Shown here in pieces: positions 21,925-34,149 of a stretch of DNA of 40,612 nucleotides (position 1 is the first letter of the stretch; each line of letters begins with the position of its first letter). The position numbers were made by a program, and so were the translations under genes. Source of the DNA: Octopus bimaculoides (lineage: Eukaryota); contig NC_068999.1 in assembly GCF_001194135.2 (NCBI RefSeq), forward strand, positions 41,911,500 to 41,952,111. Direction: 5' to 3'. The notes beneath the pieces are model-generated. The model saw nothing but the letters and a program-made list of their open reading frames with translations, was not told where the DNA came from and ran no database searches.

Positions 21925-22215
21925 AGGAAGGACTGTTTTAACGAAGTCACGTCTTCTCCCTATCTTCGAAACGCGGAGTAGATAAAACAGGGGACAACTG
22001 ATGAAGGGAATGTTCTTTATGGTGCCTGTCTCGTTTCTCTATTCCTTTCTTTCGTTGTTCGAAATAAAGTTCGTTTTCTATGATTTTGTTTTTTTATGTC
22101 CTCGTTTCTCATTTTGTTCACGTTTTTTTATGTCCTGTACCCATAAATGCATGTATATATGCATATATTTATGTAGGTATATACATACATATATGTATAT
22201 ATACATATATTTATA
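21925..22215 (+). repeat. Family P3 copy
   Basis: Contains cttcgaaacgcgg...actgatgaagggaatgttcttta...tgtcctgtacccataaatgc. A partial inverted copy lies at 21616-21715. Confidence 0.6.
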
Positions 22216-22278
22216 TATTTTTTATATTATTACATGATCGAACGCCATGCATCCATTTCCAAGTAAGTTTTATCTATC

Positions 22279-22336
<58 letters not shown>

Positions 22337-22917
22337 CATAAATGTAAGAACCAAGGATCGAGGTATTGGAAGAAATTGAGCCTCAAGCAATCCGTATGAG
22401 TTCGAACCAAGAAACTCACGCTTGCAAAAGCGCACTTCTTTACCATTAGGCCATCGTTGCACTTACGTAGTCAGACGTATGGTATGATAGTGAAATGTTA
22501 AAATGCTTTTAGTTCAAGGACAACAAATGGTGAGAGTTTTTTAGATAACGAGTTCCCAAGTCGATAGTTAATCCTTACAGTTTAATAAACAATGGCTGGG
22601 CCAATTTTTTCTTTCATAACTTTGGACAAAGATGAACGGGAGAAGGAGGAAGTACTCCAGAGAAAAATAGAATGTTATACTTTATTATGAAACTCATTGT
22701 CATTATACAATTGCAGTGTTGCCAATGTTTTTTTCTTTTGTGAGAAAATTCTAAAATAGTGTGGGTAGAAAATATAAAANNNNNNNNNNTATATATTATA
22801 TGTATGTATATATATATATATGTCGAGTTTAATGCAAAAACATTACAGAGGATATATAAATAATTAAGATTATTTATGAATATACCAATGCCCAAACATG
22901 TTATCATAAAATATACA

Positions 22918-23162
22918 GAAAAAACTTTTATAATTATGAGCAAGTCACAATTATAACTAAGAGGGGTACGAAAACCCCTTACAACCCATTACAAATGGCC
23001 AAAACCGCTTTAAAGCCATCATATCACAGTTTTTATCGCGAGGAGAAATAATATGAGCGATATAATGGCTTTATAGTGATTTTGGCTGCTATTTTTAACA
23101 TGTAAGGGCTTTTTAACTCTCTTAGTTATAATTGTGACGTGTTCATAATTATAAATGTTTTT
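22918..23162. mobile_element. Palindromic MITE-like foldback (~110-bp arms)
   Basis: gtcacaattataactaagag (22944-22963) is perfectly inverted at 23119-23138. Imperfect pairing extends outwards to about 22918/23162 and inwards to about 23027/23057. Confidence 0.75.
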
Positions 23163-23254
23163 CTTTTGATATATGGAGTCTTCTCTCCGTGCATAAATCT
23201 TTATACACTCACACACACACACACACATATTATATATATTCCTCAACGTTACAA

Positions 23255-23510
23255 ATTTAATTTGTGGTCCGTGGGAAGAGCCATTCTAACAATGCGTCCT
23301 GCCCTAACTCTTCAAAACGCTTAGTTTTAGAATGGTGGCACCTGACGAAGGAAAGGTTCTCTATGTGGCCTGTGTGTTTTCTGCACTCTGTTTATCATTT
23401 TGTCCACGTTTTTTTGCAACGTCCTGTACCCAGATATGCATCTATATATACATGTAGATGTAGGTATATACATACATGTACGTATATATGCATATACTCA
23501 CATATTATTT
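23255..23510 (+). repeat. Family P3 copy
   Basis: Contains ctcttcaaaacgc...cctgacgaaggaaaggttctctatgtggcc...gtcctgtacccagatatgc, followed by (TA)n. Confidence 0.6.
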
Positions 23511-23511
23511 G

Positions 23512-23550
<39 letters not shown>

Positions 23551-23683
23551 CGGAGAGATGATCTAGATCAGGACGCCTCATATAGATATAGCATGTGTTC
23601 GATCAAGGATGGGCTGGAGCTAAAGAGCAACAACAGTTAATATCTTATATAATAATAATAAATAATAATAATAATAATAATGA

Positions 23684-23897
23684 TCTTATCTACTAAACGC
23701 AAAGGGCCTGAAATTGTGGGTGAGTGAGTAGTCGATTACATCGATCCCAGTGTTTCACTAGCACTTAATTTATCGACCACGGAAGGATGAAAGGCAAAGT
23801 CGACCTCGGCGGAATTTGAACTCAGAACGTAAAAACGGACGAAACGCCGCTAAGCATTTTTCCCGGCGTGCTACCGATTCAGCCAGCTCACCACCTT
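23684..23897 (-). mobile_element. SINE B (short tail) within (AAT)n
   Basis: Full reverse-complement match, with (AAT)n on both sides. Confidence 0.85.
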
Positions 23898-24969
23898 AAT
23901 AATAATAATAATAATAGATGCCAGAATTGGAGGAGTGACGGTCACATGCCTCGTGGTATTTAGCTTCTTTTATTTTATGCGTTCGATTTCAATATCCCAT
24001 CGCTATCAGCTTCGTGTTTAATCAATGAAGAATCTTTTTGAGCTGGTCAAAGGTTAACAAATTGAACCAATGTTTAAATCTATCTAAAACACTCAGGGCT
24101 GACAACTCTAGATAAAACAAAACAATACTAAACAAAAAAGATCGAAATCAGTTGACTACACCAAAATCCCAAATTGGAAATTGACATACAAAGAAGAGAA
24201 AAAAAAATTAAATCTTTGGCAGGCATTGTATTATTATAGGTGATTTGTCAGTTTTGTAGATGAATATCAGTTTTGAAACTTAAATAAAGAAAAGGTATAT
24301 ATGAAGCTTATTGTTCTGTATGTTTTGTTTGATAACAGTTTGCAATTCTTTTGTAGATCTAGAAACATTTCATTGTTAACAATTTAAAAGTTTTAAGATA
24401 TATTCAATTACACAGGTATATAACAATTATACAAACATTAACAATTGTTAGAACAATTTCTTTGCTGTATTGTTAAGAATTGTTGAAGTTTTGAGATAAA
24501 TTCAACCCTATAGACATGATATTCAATAGCCCTTCGTACGAGATATATATGTCTGGTGATAGATTTTCAATCAAGACTGACTATTTCCCAGAATACCAAA
24601 ACAGACACGTAAACAAACTGATTTGAGTCACGTGATATGAAGCTTCCAACTAATGTATGTTACAAATGTATGTATATTTAATTTTATAATGGATAAGTTG
24701 AAAAGTGTATAAAAGATACATATTGGTTAGTGATCACACCGGATGAAATATTAAAATCTAACGTCAAACGATGGGAAACGGAATCGAGGCAAACTAAAGA
24801 TAGCTATAACCAATGGAGCAGTCGAGCTAAGGAAAGTTGAATGAAATGGACAGGCTGTTGTTAATAGTATCTTATAATTTATAGAATAGTTATACTGAAG
24901 AGAGAATAAATATAATTCAGTAGGAAAACAAAAGACCATAACAGTTCTTGAAAGATAGGTAGATATTCT

Positions 24970-25216
24970 TTTTTTCTTTTACTTGTTTCAGTCATTTGAT
25001 TGCGGCCATGGTGGGGCACCGCCTTTAGTCGAGCAAATCGACCCCAGGACTTATTCTTTGTAAACCTAGTACTTATTCTATTGGTCTCTTTTGCTGAACC
25101 GCTAGGTTACGGGGACGTAAACACACCAGCATCGGTTGTCAAGCGATGGTGGGATGAGGCACAAATACAGACACACAAACATATACACACGTACGTACGT
25201 ACACACACACATGTCG

Positions 25217-25297
<81 letters not shown>

Positions 25298-25330
25298 CAC
25301 AGACACATACATGCACACCTGTCTGTGTGC
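24970..25330 (-). mobile_element. SINE A 3' half
   Basis: tttacttgtttcagtcatttgattgcggccatgg...gtaaacacaccagcatcggttgtcaagcgatgg, then CA/TA repeats. Confidence 0.85.
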
Positions 25331-25978
25331 CGATTTCCTATCTGCTAGTCTAATTATATGTTTTCAGATTATAAAACTAACGTGTTAAAAAAAATGCACC
25401 AGTTTTACTAGCTTTGACTAATAAATGTCACTTTCTTAAACATTCACGCTTCACTGGACATTAAAAATTTTATTTAAAAAATTAGTTTTGTTCTCACGAC
25501 ACCGGACATAAGTAAACATCAAAAATATTAAAAAAAGTGTTTAGGCTTCAAAAAATACCTCCTCTTTTATGTAACAAAACAAAATATAAAATATGCGAAA
25601 ATTACAATTTCTTTTCATTTCACTTGTTAAATATTCCGATTATTGATCCGCAAAATATATTACCTCAAGTTATATAAATTTTACTGTATTTGGTGTAATT
25701 TACTCGTTGTCTTTGATATGCGTACGTATCGGATGGTATGGCCTTCATCATAGGTTCCATTATTCAGAGCCGACGTGGGACTAAGCATGCACAGTATCTC
25801 GCTTATGTCTATATCCATCCATCTATCTATCTATTATTAATTTGTGCCATTATAAACGTGTTTGGCGCAGAATAACACTAGATAGGTAGGTAGATAGATA
25901 GATAGGTAGATAGATAGATAGGTAGAAAGATAGATAGATAGATAGGTAGTTAGCAAGATAGATAGATAGATAGATACA

Positions 25979-26350
25979 TTTTTATTAGCCACACAGGGCT
26001 CAACAAAGATGGGACAAATACAATGTAGAGCTTTTCTTTTTGGGAGGTAGAAGGAAAAAAAAAAGTAGGGGTGTGTCGATCAAAAGGGATTGTAGGAAGG
26101 GAAAAAGGGGGGGAGTTCGATCAAAAGGGATCGAAAAAAAAAAGAAAAACGATCAATAGGGATCGTGTATCACAGTAATGTTCTCGTGTAAAAAGAGGGG
26201 AGGACAGTTTAGGCTTAGACGTGGAAAGAAAAGCCTACGGAAAAGACCACGGTAACCTTGGTCAATATTGTCATTGAAGAAACTATAACAGTAAGTGACT
26301 CTCTTTTGCCTTTTATTTTTTCTGGATTTTCTTTTTCTAGTTCATAGGGT
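25979..26350 (-). mobile_element. Probable non-LTR retrotransposon 3' UTR fragment (L1/Tx1-like) inside (GATA)n
   Basis: Minus strand is pyrimidine-rich, has three GATC stem-loops and ends ...gttgagccctgtgtggctaataaaaa. (GATA)n flanks both sides. There is no ORF, so the clade is inferred. Confidence 0.5.
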
Positions 26351-26410
26351 TATGCTCAAGGTAGGTAGATAGATAAATAGGTAGATAGATATAAACATTA
26401 TAAATGCGTT

Positions 26411-26625
26411 TAAGGCGCAGGCTGGCAGAATTGCTAGTAATGTGGGCGTAATGCTTTGCGGTATTCGTCCGTCTTCACGTTCTGAATTCAAATCCGGCCG
26501 GAGTCGACTTTGCCTTTCATCCTTCGGGGTCCATAAAATAAATACCAGTTGAATACTGAGGCCGATGTAATCGACTCATCCCCTCCCCACAAAGTTGCGG
26601 CTCTTGAGGCAAAATTTGAAACCAT
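26411..26625 (+). mobile_element. SINE B
   Basis: taaggcgcaggctggcagaattgctag...gactttgcctttcatccttcggggtc...gaaaccatt. Other B pieces lie at 5770-5920, 14015-14090, 30500-30800, 33205-33365 and 37665-37800. Confidence 0.8.
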
Positions 26626-26669
26626 TATAATAATACACACAACAGATTAGACTGTTAGAAAAGAAAAGA

Positions 26670-26910
26670 ATCCTAACATCGGGCTACAACAAGTAACCTT
26701 AGATGCCAAGAACCCTCCTCTTAGGTCCCAGCAAGTAACCTTAGATGTAAGTATCCTAGCTGTCCCTAATAACACTGTTTTCTGGAGCTGTACTAAACTG
26801 GGTTTTATGCCTAATCCTCTATCCATCTGTTCAGATCTTTAGGAATAGTTCCCAATGCACCTATAATTACTAGGATACATCTTACCCGCACTTTCCATAG
26901 TCTCTGTAAT
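26670..26910 (-). mobile_element. 5'-truncated R4/Dong-clade LINE 3' end (end of restriction-like endonuclease ORF)
   Basis: Reads LQRLWKVRVRCILVIIGALGTIPKDLNRWIE, frameshift, GIKPSLVQLQKTVLLGTARIL. PVxIGALG and LQKxxLLGTARILR are typical of R4/Dong ORF ends. Confidence 0.85.
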
Positions 26911-27467
26911 TATTATTATTACTATTATTATTGTCATTATTATTATTATTTTGTGCTATGTACGACAATGTAAGTACTTTACAATACACAGTTTGGGATG
27001 GAACGAGTCTTTCTATAATCTCTGGAGGCGGTTGCAAGTAAAGAAAGGCAGTGGGCTTGAGTCACTCCACTAAACCTATGTTGTTCCTTTACAACACTGC
27101 AATGCTATTGTCGATTTAGCGTAAGATTCTCCATGACACATTCCTATTATTTATTGGGAGTGGGTTGGCCTAAACATATTGAAAAACGACCAGAAATTAT
27201 CATCATCATCATCATCATCATTACTATTATAATATTTCTATAAAGGAATTTTCTTTTTTATTATTGCCAGAAAACACAAATATGTGTCTAACTGCAAAGG
27301 TGTAGGCATAGTTATGTGGTTAAAAAGCTAAGTTTGCAATACTCTGGTTTCGGGTTCGCTCACTCTGCGCGGCGCCTTGGAGAAGCGTCTTCCATTATTG
27401 ACTCGCGTTGACCAATGCCTTCTGAGTAAATTTCGTAGAGAGAAATTGTGTGGGAGCTCGGTGTACT

Positions 27468-27500
<33 letters not shown>

Positions 27501-27502
<2 letters not shown>

Positions 27503-27659
27503 ATTGCTTTACTGTCCACAAGAGGCTACACACAGAGGGGACAAACAAGTAAAAACAAACAGATTAAGTCGATTATATCGACCCCAGTGCGTAACTGGTA
27601 CTTATTTAATCGACCCCGAAAGGATGAAAGGTAAAGTCGACCTCGGCGGAATTTGAACT
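27501..27659 (-). mobile_element. SINE B, long-tail subfamily, 5'-truncated
   Basis: Same core and tail as the 18229 copy; abuts (TATC)n. Confidence 0.8.
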
Positions 27660-27879
27660 ATGTCCCTGGAAGACATAAAAGCAGGAGGTCACGTGGTTTT
27701 GTGCTCACACCCGAAAAATAACGATGTTTCTGCCAATCGTAGAATGAAAACCATGAGACCGCGCGTTTTTGCGTCTTCCAGAAGTATAATAGTCAGACGA
27801 AGTCATTTCCGCTCATGCGTACTGGCAGGTTAAAAGAGTTAATGATCTTAACAATATGGTCATTAGAAAACTACTCCCG

Positions 27880-27889
27880 GGAGTGTTCT

Positions 27890-27929
<40 letters not shown>

Positions 27930-28115
27930 GAGAATTTACGAAAAAAACAACCACAGACGAAGACAGGTGGTGTAAACAAGAAATGGATGTATTAGTATAA
28001 CGCTCGGGAATAGAGAAAATCTTTGACGTTTCGAGCCTACGCTCTTCAACTGAAAGGAACACAGAAAGAAACAAGGAGAGAAAAAAAAAATATAAATGTA
28101 GTGGTCAGCGATCTA
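27880..28115 (-). mobile_element. Second Penelope-like terminal-repeat fragment with a minimal hammerhead relic
   Basis: Minus strand 28057-28020: CCTTT-CAGTTGA-A-GAGC GTAG GCTC-GAAA-CG-TC-AAAGA. Its 3' side is an (AT)n run. Confidence 0.62.
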
Positions 28116-30387
28116 TCATGCAAAGCGATGCACCAGCATGGCCACAGTCTAATGACGAAAACTTGCAAAAGATAAAATGATTATGCCTCTAGCGCTTTGA
28201 ACTTATAGCATTTAGCTCTTATTTTGTTAATGAAACAAACTTTGCGAATCGCTTCAATGTCTATTCAATGTCTATCTATCTATCTATCTATCTATCTCTT
28301 AATGACAAAGAATAATTTAGTGGCTCACACATATATACTCACACAAACAAAATGGTCTCTTAACTATTTAATATAATGCTTTTTGTATAATGCGTTTATT
28401 AAATATTTTATATTACGCTTTGCGTAAACATTGTTGTCGATAGTTGTAGGTCTGCAATGATCCAATGTTCCTGGTTTGTTGTGTTAAAGACAGCAGCAGC
28501 GATAATTCAGGCAGAATATATACCGCGATGTAATTTTTGTTCGACAACCGGTTTATCAAGATTCTTACTGATGCGTTGTAGTATATCTTTCGCCAACACA
28601 TACACACACGTGAGTGCGAAGATGGGGACTCCCTCTGCTGCAACTCAGAGTTTTGTGTCCGATGTAACTCTTACGCCAACAACAACGATTCTTAGTACAA
28701 ATTGACAGATAAAGTATAGAAAATGTATAAAGTTCTCCTTGTCTCGCAAAACTCAAAAGTCGCGCGTGTGTGTGCGTGTGAGTGTATACATGTTTTGATT
28801 GTATGTGGGTCTAAGAAGAAAGTAAAGAACTGGCGTGGCTTCCACAACATTAGTACCAGGTGACTGAGCGAACCAATTGAAACCGAAAATCTAGAAGACA
28901 TCGTGAATTTTTCTCAGATCCGTTACTCTTTTACTGTTATCTGGTGAGCTGAGTTCGTCCTCGCGGCCATGAAACTTTAATTCATAAAGAGCTGCGCTAA
29001 ACCATACACACATACATACATACATACATACATGCCCGAAACGGTTATGACTCTAGGTACTTGACTGAGAAAAGAAGGCCACAAATGACCAGTCTTTTTT
29101 TGCCTGTCCTAATTGTTGTTTCTCCTGTCCGAGTTTGTATCGTCTTCTTTCTCTCCGACTGCTTTATCGTCTTCTATTGTTCCATTTATATATATATATA
29201 TATTCGGTGTGTGTTGCGTTCCATTACTTAAAAAATATATGGTAAATAAAGATGCGACATAACGTATGCTGAGTGTAAAACCGGACGGGAGACAAACACA
29301 GAAGGTCGCTGATTCTTATCAACCAGTTCTTAATATTCAGTTTTGTTTTGTCGTATGTTTATTTAGCAGACATTTTTCATTTTTATATATATAAATATGT
29401 ATATACTATTAAGTATAGCTGTGTGGGTAAAAAGTTTGTTTCACAATCACGTGATTTCGGGTTCAGGCTTACTGGCGTGATACTTTGGACAAGAAGCATA
29501 GGCCGACTAATGCATTGCAAGTGAATTTAGCAGACAGAAATTGCACTGAACAATTGTATAAACAATACGAAAAGTGTTTCGAGATGAAACGGCGACTTTC
29601 GTGAACAATAAAAATATTCAGTTGAGGAGTAAAATGAAAAAGGCTTTTTTTTTCCCTTTTGACATGTCACTGGTTATGTTGGCCTTAAACCTTTTGAAAC
29701 GCCCTTTGTTCGTGTTCGCGTGCGTGCGTGCGTGCGTGCGTGGTTGAGTACGTAAATGAATGCATGCGCACACAGACACATGCATACCATACATGGTAAG
29801 CACCCACCCTGTTATCGTCCATTTACAGTTCTTACTACTACGTTGTTCTGAGCAATGCTTTGTGAATGAAGACAAAAAAACGGAACTCCCCCCTCCACAA
29901 AAAAGAACAACAAAACTAGTCCATCGTATTGCGCAGTGGAGTTGAACCCTGCTAACTTCTTAACAACACAATCGATGCACATAGTTTGGTAACAAAGGAT
30001 AAAAATAAAAATAAATACAGTAAAGAATTGTTGAGGGGAGCGGGTGTCATTTCACCGACGCCTTCTTTATTTATGATTATTCTTGGTGTATTTGCCGTTG
30101 TTGTTTTCTCCTAGTTCAGCCCTGACTAAGCAGAATTATAATCCAAAGCGTTCCTTTCCTGACCATCCCATCTTTTATTTTCAAATCTAACGCTGTAGTC
30201 TTAGTAATAGCCAAGGTGTCCTTGTTCAAAGAAGTCACTGATTTATTTGAAAAAAATGTAGCATCGCCTGAAGATTGCTGTGGCATGAAACTCGAGTCAG
30301 TTTAATAAAAACAAATCGCTATATTCTCTACAAGCAACATTGAGCGCTCTTCCCCCATCATTCTGATATAAATCAACGTACACACAA

Positions 30388-30421
<34 letters not shown>

Positions 30422-31204
30422 GCATATGCGCGTGCACACGTATGTACATCTCTCTCCCCCCTTCTCTCTCCCTCCCCCCTCTCTCTCTCATAAAATAAAT
30501 GTGTGAATCGGTTGAGCGCCGGACTAAATGCTTAGTGGTATTCACTTTCCTACTTCTTCACTCAAGGTTCCAAATCTTGTTTCCCTGCTTTCCTAGGGTA
30601 GCTTTCTTAGGGGTATGATGTTGTTCAATGAAATGAGTACCAATGAATACCAGTCATGCCATGGGGGTCGATTCAGAACTTCATACGTACACAACCTTTC
30701 TCTTTCTGATCTGAAATATGTACCCTTGCACCGATTTAAGAAATGTCAAAATCACACAAATTTGCACTTTGATCGATTTCCGTTCGATCTTTCATTAAAC
30801 TCACCGAATAATTTATCATCTCTTGCCGTCTTTTAATAGTCTATATATTAAATATGTTAATATTAACATATCAAATATTGAAGATCGACTTTCAGGGCCA
30901 AGGAACGCTCTGAATGTAAATCATTAGTTGTTCATAGACCTGTTTTTAGATGAATGAATGAAAAGCATTAGTGGTTGACTGGTTGAATGGATGGTTGAAG
31001 ACGGATGGAGTAACTATGGTGATGATTGCGGTTTGTGAAAGACAGAAAAGTTTTAGTGAATCAGGATAAAAAACAAAACAGAACAAAAAACGAGATGGCA
31101 AAACTTTAGGTCTTTTCATACGAGAGGCTTCTACGCTATGGTTGTGGTCACAATTGATTTGGTCTGGGAAAAAATTGCGGAAGAGATTTGTGTGTCAGTG
31201 CGTT

Positions 31205-31258
31205 GCAGCAGTGTGTGTGTGTATGAGAGAGAGTGAGATAGAGAGAGAGAAGGAGAGA

Positions 31259-31295
<37 letters not shown>

Positions 31296-31408
31296 AGAGA
31301 GAGAGAGAGAAAAGGAGAGAGAGGGAGAGAGTGTGCGCGCGTTAGAGAGAGGAAGAGGGTGAGAGAAAAAGAGCGTATATGTGTATGTGTGAAAGAGAGG
31401 AGAGTGAG

Positions 31409-31457
<49 letters not shown>
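31205..31457. repeat. Compound (GT)/(GA)n microsatellite
   Basis: Directly visible. Other large SSRs: 583-670, 11497-11545, 15400-15555, 25880-25977, 32765-32860, 36185-36268, 38058-38175. Confidence 0.95.
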
Positions 31458-31460
<3 letters not shown>

Positions 31461-31730
31461 GGCGCTGTGGCATAGTAGTTAGAGTATCGTGGTTTCGATT
31501 CCTGGAACGGGCGACGCGTTGTGTTCTTGAGCAAGACACTTCATTTCACGCAGTCCCAGTCCACTCGACAATAAATGGGGACAACCCTGGCGATCTGTTT
31601 AAGAAGAAATGTAAGCCTGGCCGTCAAGTGTGGGGTGTGGGATCATTCGAAAGCTAATACAATGCGAAGCGTATTGTAACCAGCGGGGTAGGACAATGGC
31701 CGATAGTCTGGTCGATCCCGCGTGATATAC
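31458..31730 (+). mobile_element. SINE C head with a different 3' region
   Basis: The head and core match 40129 up to ccagtccactc, after which the sequence is unrelated. Confidence 0.65.
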
Positions 31731-31734
31731 TTTT

Positions 31735-32122
31735 ATTTGTTACAGTCATTTGACTGCCGCCATGCTGGAGCAGCGCATTTACTCGAACAAGTCGACCCCA
31801 GGACTCATTCTTTGTAAGGCTAGTACTTATTCTATCGGTCACTTTTTGCCGAACCGCTAGTTTACTGGAACGTAAACACACAAACATCGGTTCTCAAGCG
31901 ATGATGGGGAAACAAACAGATATACACACACACACGCACGCACACACGCACGCGCACACACACACGCATATATGACGGGCTTTTATCAGTTTCCATCTAC
32001 CAAATCCACTCACAAGGCTTTGAACAGCCCGAGGCTATAGTAGAAGACACTTGCCCAAGCAGTGGGACTGAACCCGGAACCATGTGTTTGGGAAGCAAGC
32101 TTCGTACCGCACAGCCACTCGA
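31735..32122 (-). mobile_element. SINE A, near full length
   Basis: Reverse complement of the 4203 copy, including head, central repeat and tail. Confidence 0.85.
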
Positions 32123-32227
32123 GAAATTCTCTAATATATATTCACACACACGTGTGTGTATATGATTCCATGTTTGGTGCCATAGCGTGGCACTTTGGGA
32201 AAGCAGCAGGAGATACGATAGTTTGAC

Positions 32228-32764
32228 NNNNNNNNNNNNNNNNNNNNNNNNNNNNNNNNNNNNNNNNNNNNNNNNNNNNNNNNNNNNNNNNNNNNNNNNN
32301 NNNNNNNNNNNNNNNNNNNNNNNNNNNNNNNNNNNNNNNNNNNNNNNNNNNNNNNNNNNNNNNNNNNNNNNNNNNNNNNNNNNNNNNNNNNNNNNNNNNN
32401 NNNNNNNNNNNNNNNNNNNNNNNNNNNNNNNNNNNNNNNNNNNNNNNNNNNNNNNNNNNNNNNNNNNNNNNNNNNNNNNNNNNNNNNNNNNNNNNNNNNN
32501 NNNNNNNNNNNNNNNNNNNNNNNNNNNNNNNNNNNNNNNNNNNNNNNNNNNNNNNNNNNNNNNNNNNNNNNNNNNNNNNNNNNNNNNNNNNNNNNNNNNN
32601 NNNNNNNNNNNNNNNNNNNNNNNNNNNNNNNNNNNNNNNNNNNNNNNNNNNNNNNNNNNNNNNNNNNNNNNNNNNNNNNNNNNNNNNNNNNNNNNNNNNN
32701 NNNNNNNNNNNNNNNNNNNNNNNNNNNNNNNNNNNNNNNNNNNNNNNNNNNNNNNNNNNNNNNN
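32228..32764. other. Assembly gap (largest of nine)
   Basis: N run. The others are 2215-2224, 8457-8666, 11546-11928, 18041-18198, 20448-20457, 22780-22789, 34024-34142 and 37161-37487. Confidence 1.
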
Positions 32765-32831
<67 letters not shown>

Positions 32832-33979
32832 AAGAGAGAGAGAGAAAGAGAGAGAGAGAGGATGATTTCAGTTGAACTTTTCTCACGCCCCAAGGAAAGG
32901 TTCTGAATGTCCCACTAACATATTTCATCCACCTCTGCAATTCAGAGACTTTGAGACCATCTCACCGCTCCTACATACTCTCTCTGTCTCTTCCCTCCGT
33001 AACTGTGTCCATGCTGTCCCCTACAAACCCCACAAAGTTCAAGAAACTAATATCATAGAGTTGAGGGTATTAGACTCTCCTACGAGCCGATACTGCGATC
33101 CGGTTTCGATAACAGATTGTAATGTTAGACGACGATCAAATGCGGTGAGTAAACAGAACCGTCAGCAGACGAGACAAGAAATACGAAATATTTACCGGCA
33201 TTTATTTAGGCTCTTGACGTTCTGAGTTTAAATTCTGCCCAAGTCGATTTTGCCTTTCACGCTTTCGGGGTCGATAAACTATGTACCAGTTGAGCACTGG
33301 GGTCGATGTAATCGGCAATCCCTCTCCGATAAAATTTCAGGCTTTGTGGCTTTTGTAGAAAGAATACCCGAGCATCCATGTTTAACATAGTACTTAGTCA
33401 AAAGTTATACAGGATGGTCATAATATAATTGATTGGATCGGTCCCAAATATACAGCTGGTATGTAACTAGTCATAGAGCGGCGTGACGATGGGGTAAGTT
33501 TTACTATGATTAACAGGCCAGTGGAAAGTTAGAGCTCAGATCAGACCAGCGGTTCGGCAAAAGAGACCAATAGAATAAGTACTAGGCTTACAAAGAATAA
33601 GTCCTGGGGTCGATTTGTCCGACCAAATCCGCCAAGGCGGCCGCAGTCCATTGACCGAAACAAGTAAAGGATAAATTAAGTAAAATAAATGACAACAGTA
33701 TCCAAACGAGAATCGAAACCCGGTCAGGAAGGCAACCAGGCAGAAAGCTGTCCTCACAGCGTCTGATTGAACATTCTTCACTTGGTAATTAACAGTACTT
33801 TGATTTAATGCCTAATTTGAAATGTAATTAGGTATTGTGCATTAGTTTGTGAGAATTTGTGCAAACTGAATTTGTAAAACCAACATTTGCAGCTGTCTCC
33901 TGCAATGCGCGTGAGTGTGTGTATATGTGCAGTATGGTTATATGTGTATGCATTACTATGTACATGTATTTGTTTATAA

Positions 33980-34023
<44 letters not shown>

Positions 34024-34149
34024 NNNNNNNNNNNNNNNNNNNNNNNNNNNNNNNNNNNNNNNNNNNNNNNNNNNNNNNNNNNNNNNNNNNNNNNNNNNNN
34101 NNNNNNNNNNNNNNNNNNNNNNNNNNNNNNNNNNNNNNNNNNATATATA

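Noticed and set aside
24624-24634. AP-1 site overlapping an E-box (TGAGTCACGTG), plus single AP-1 heptamers near 27058 and 39554
   Set aside because: Several heptamers are expected by chance in a window of this size and composition.
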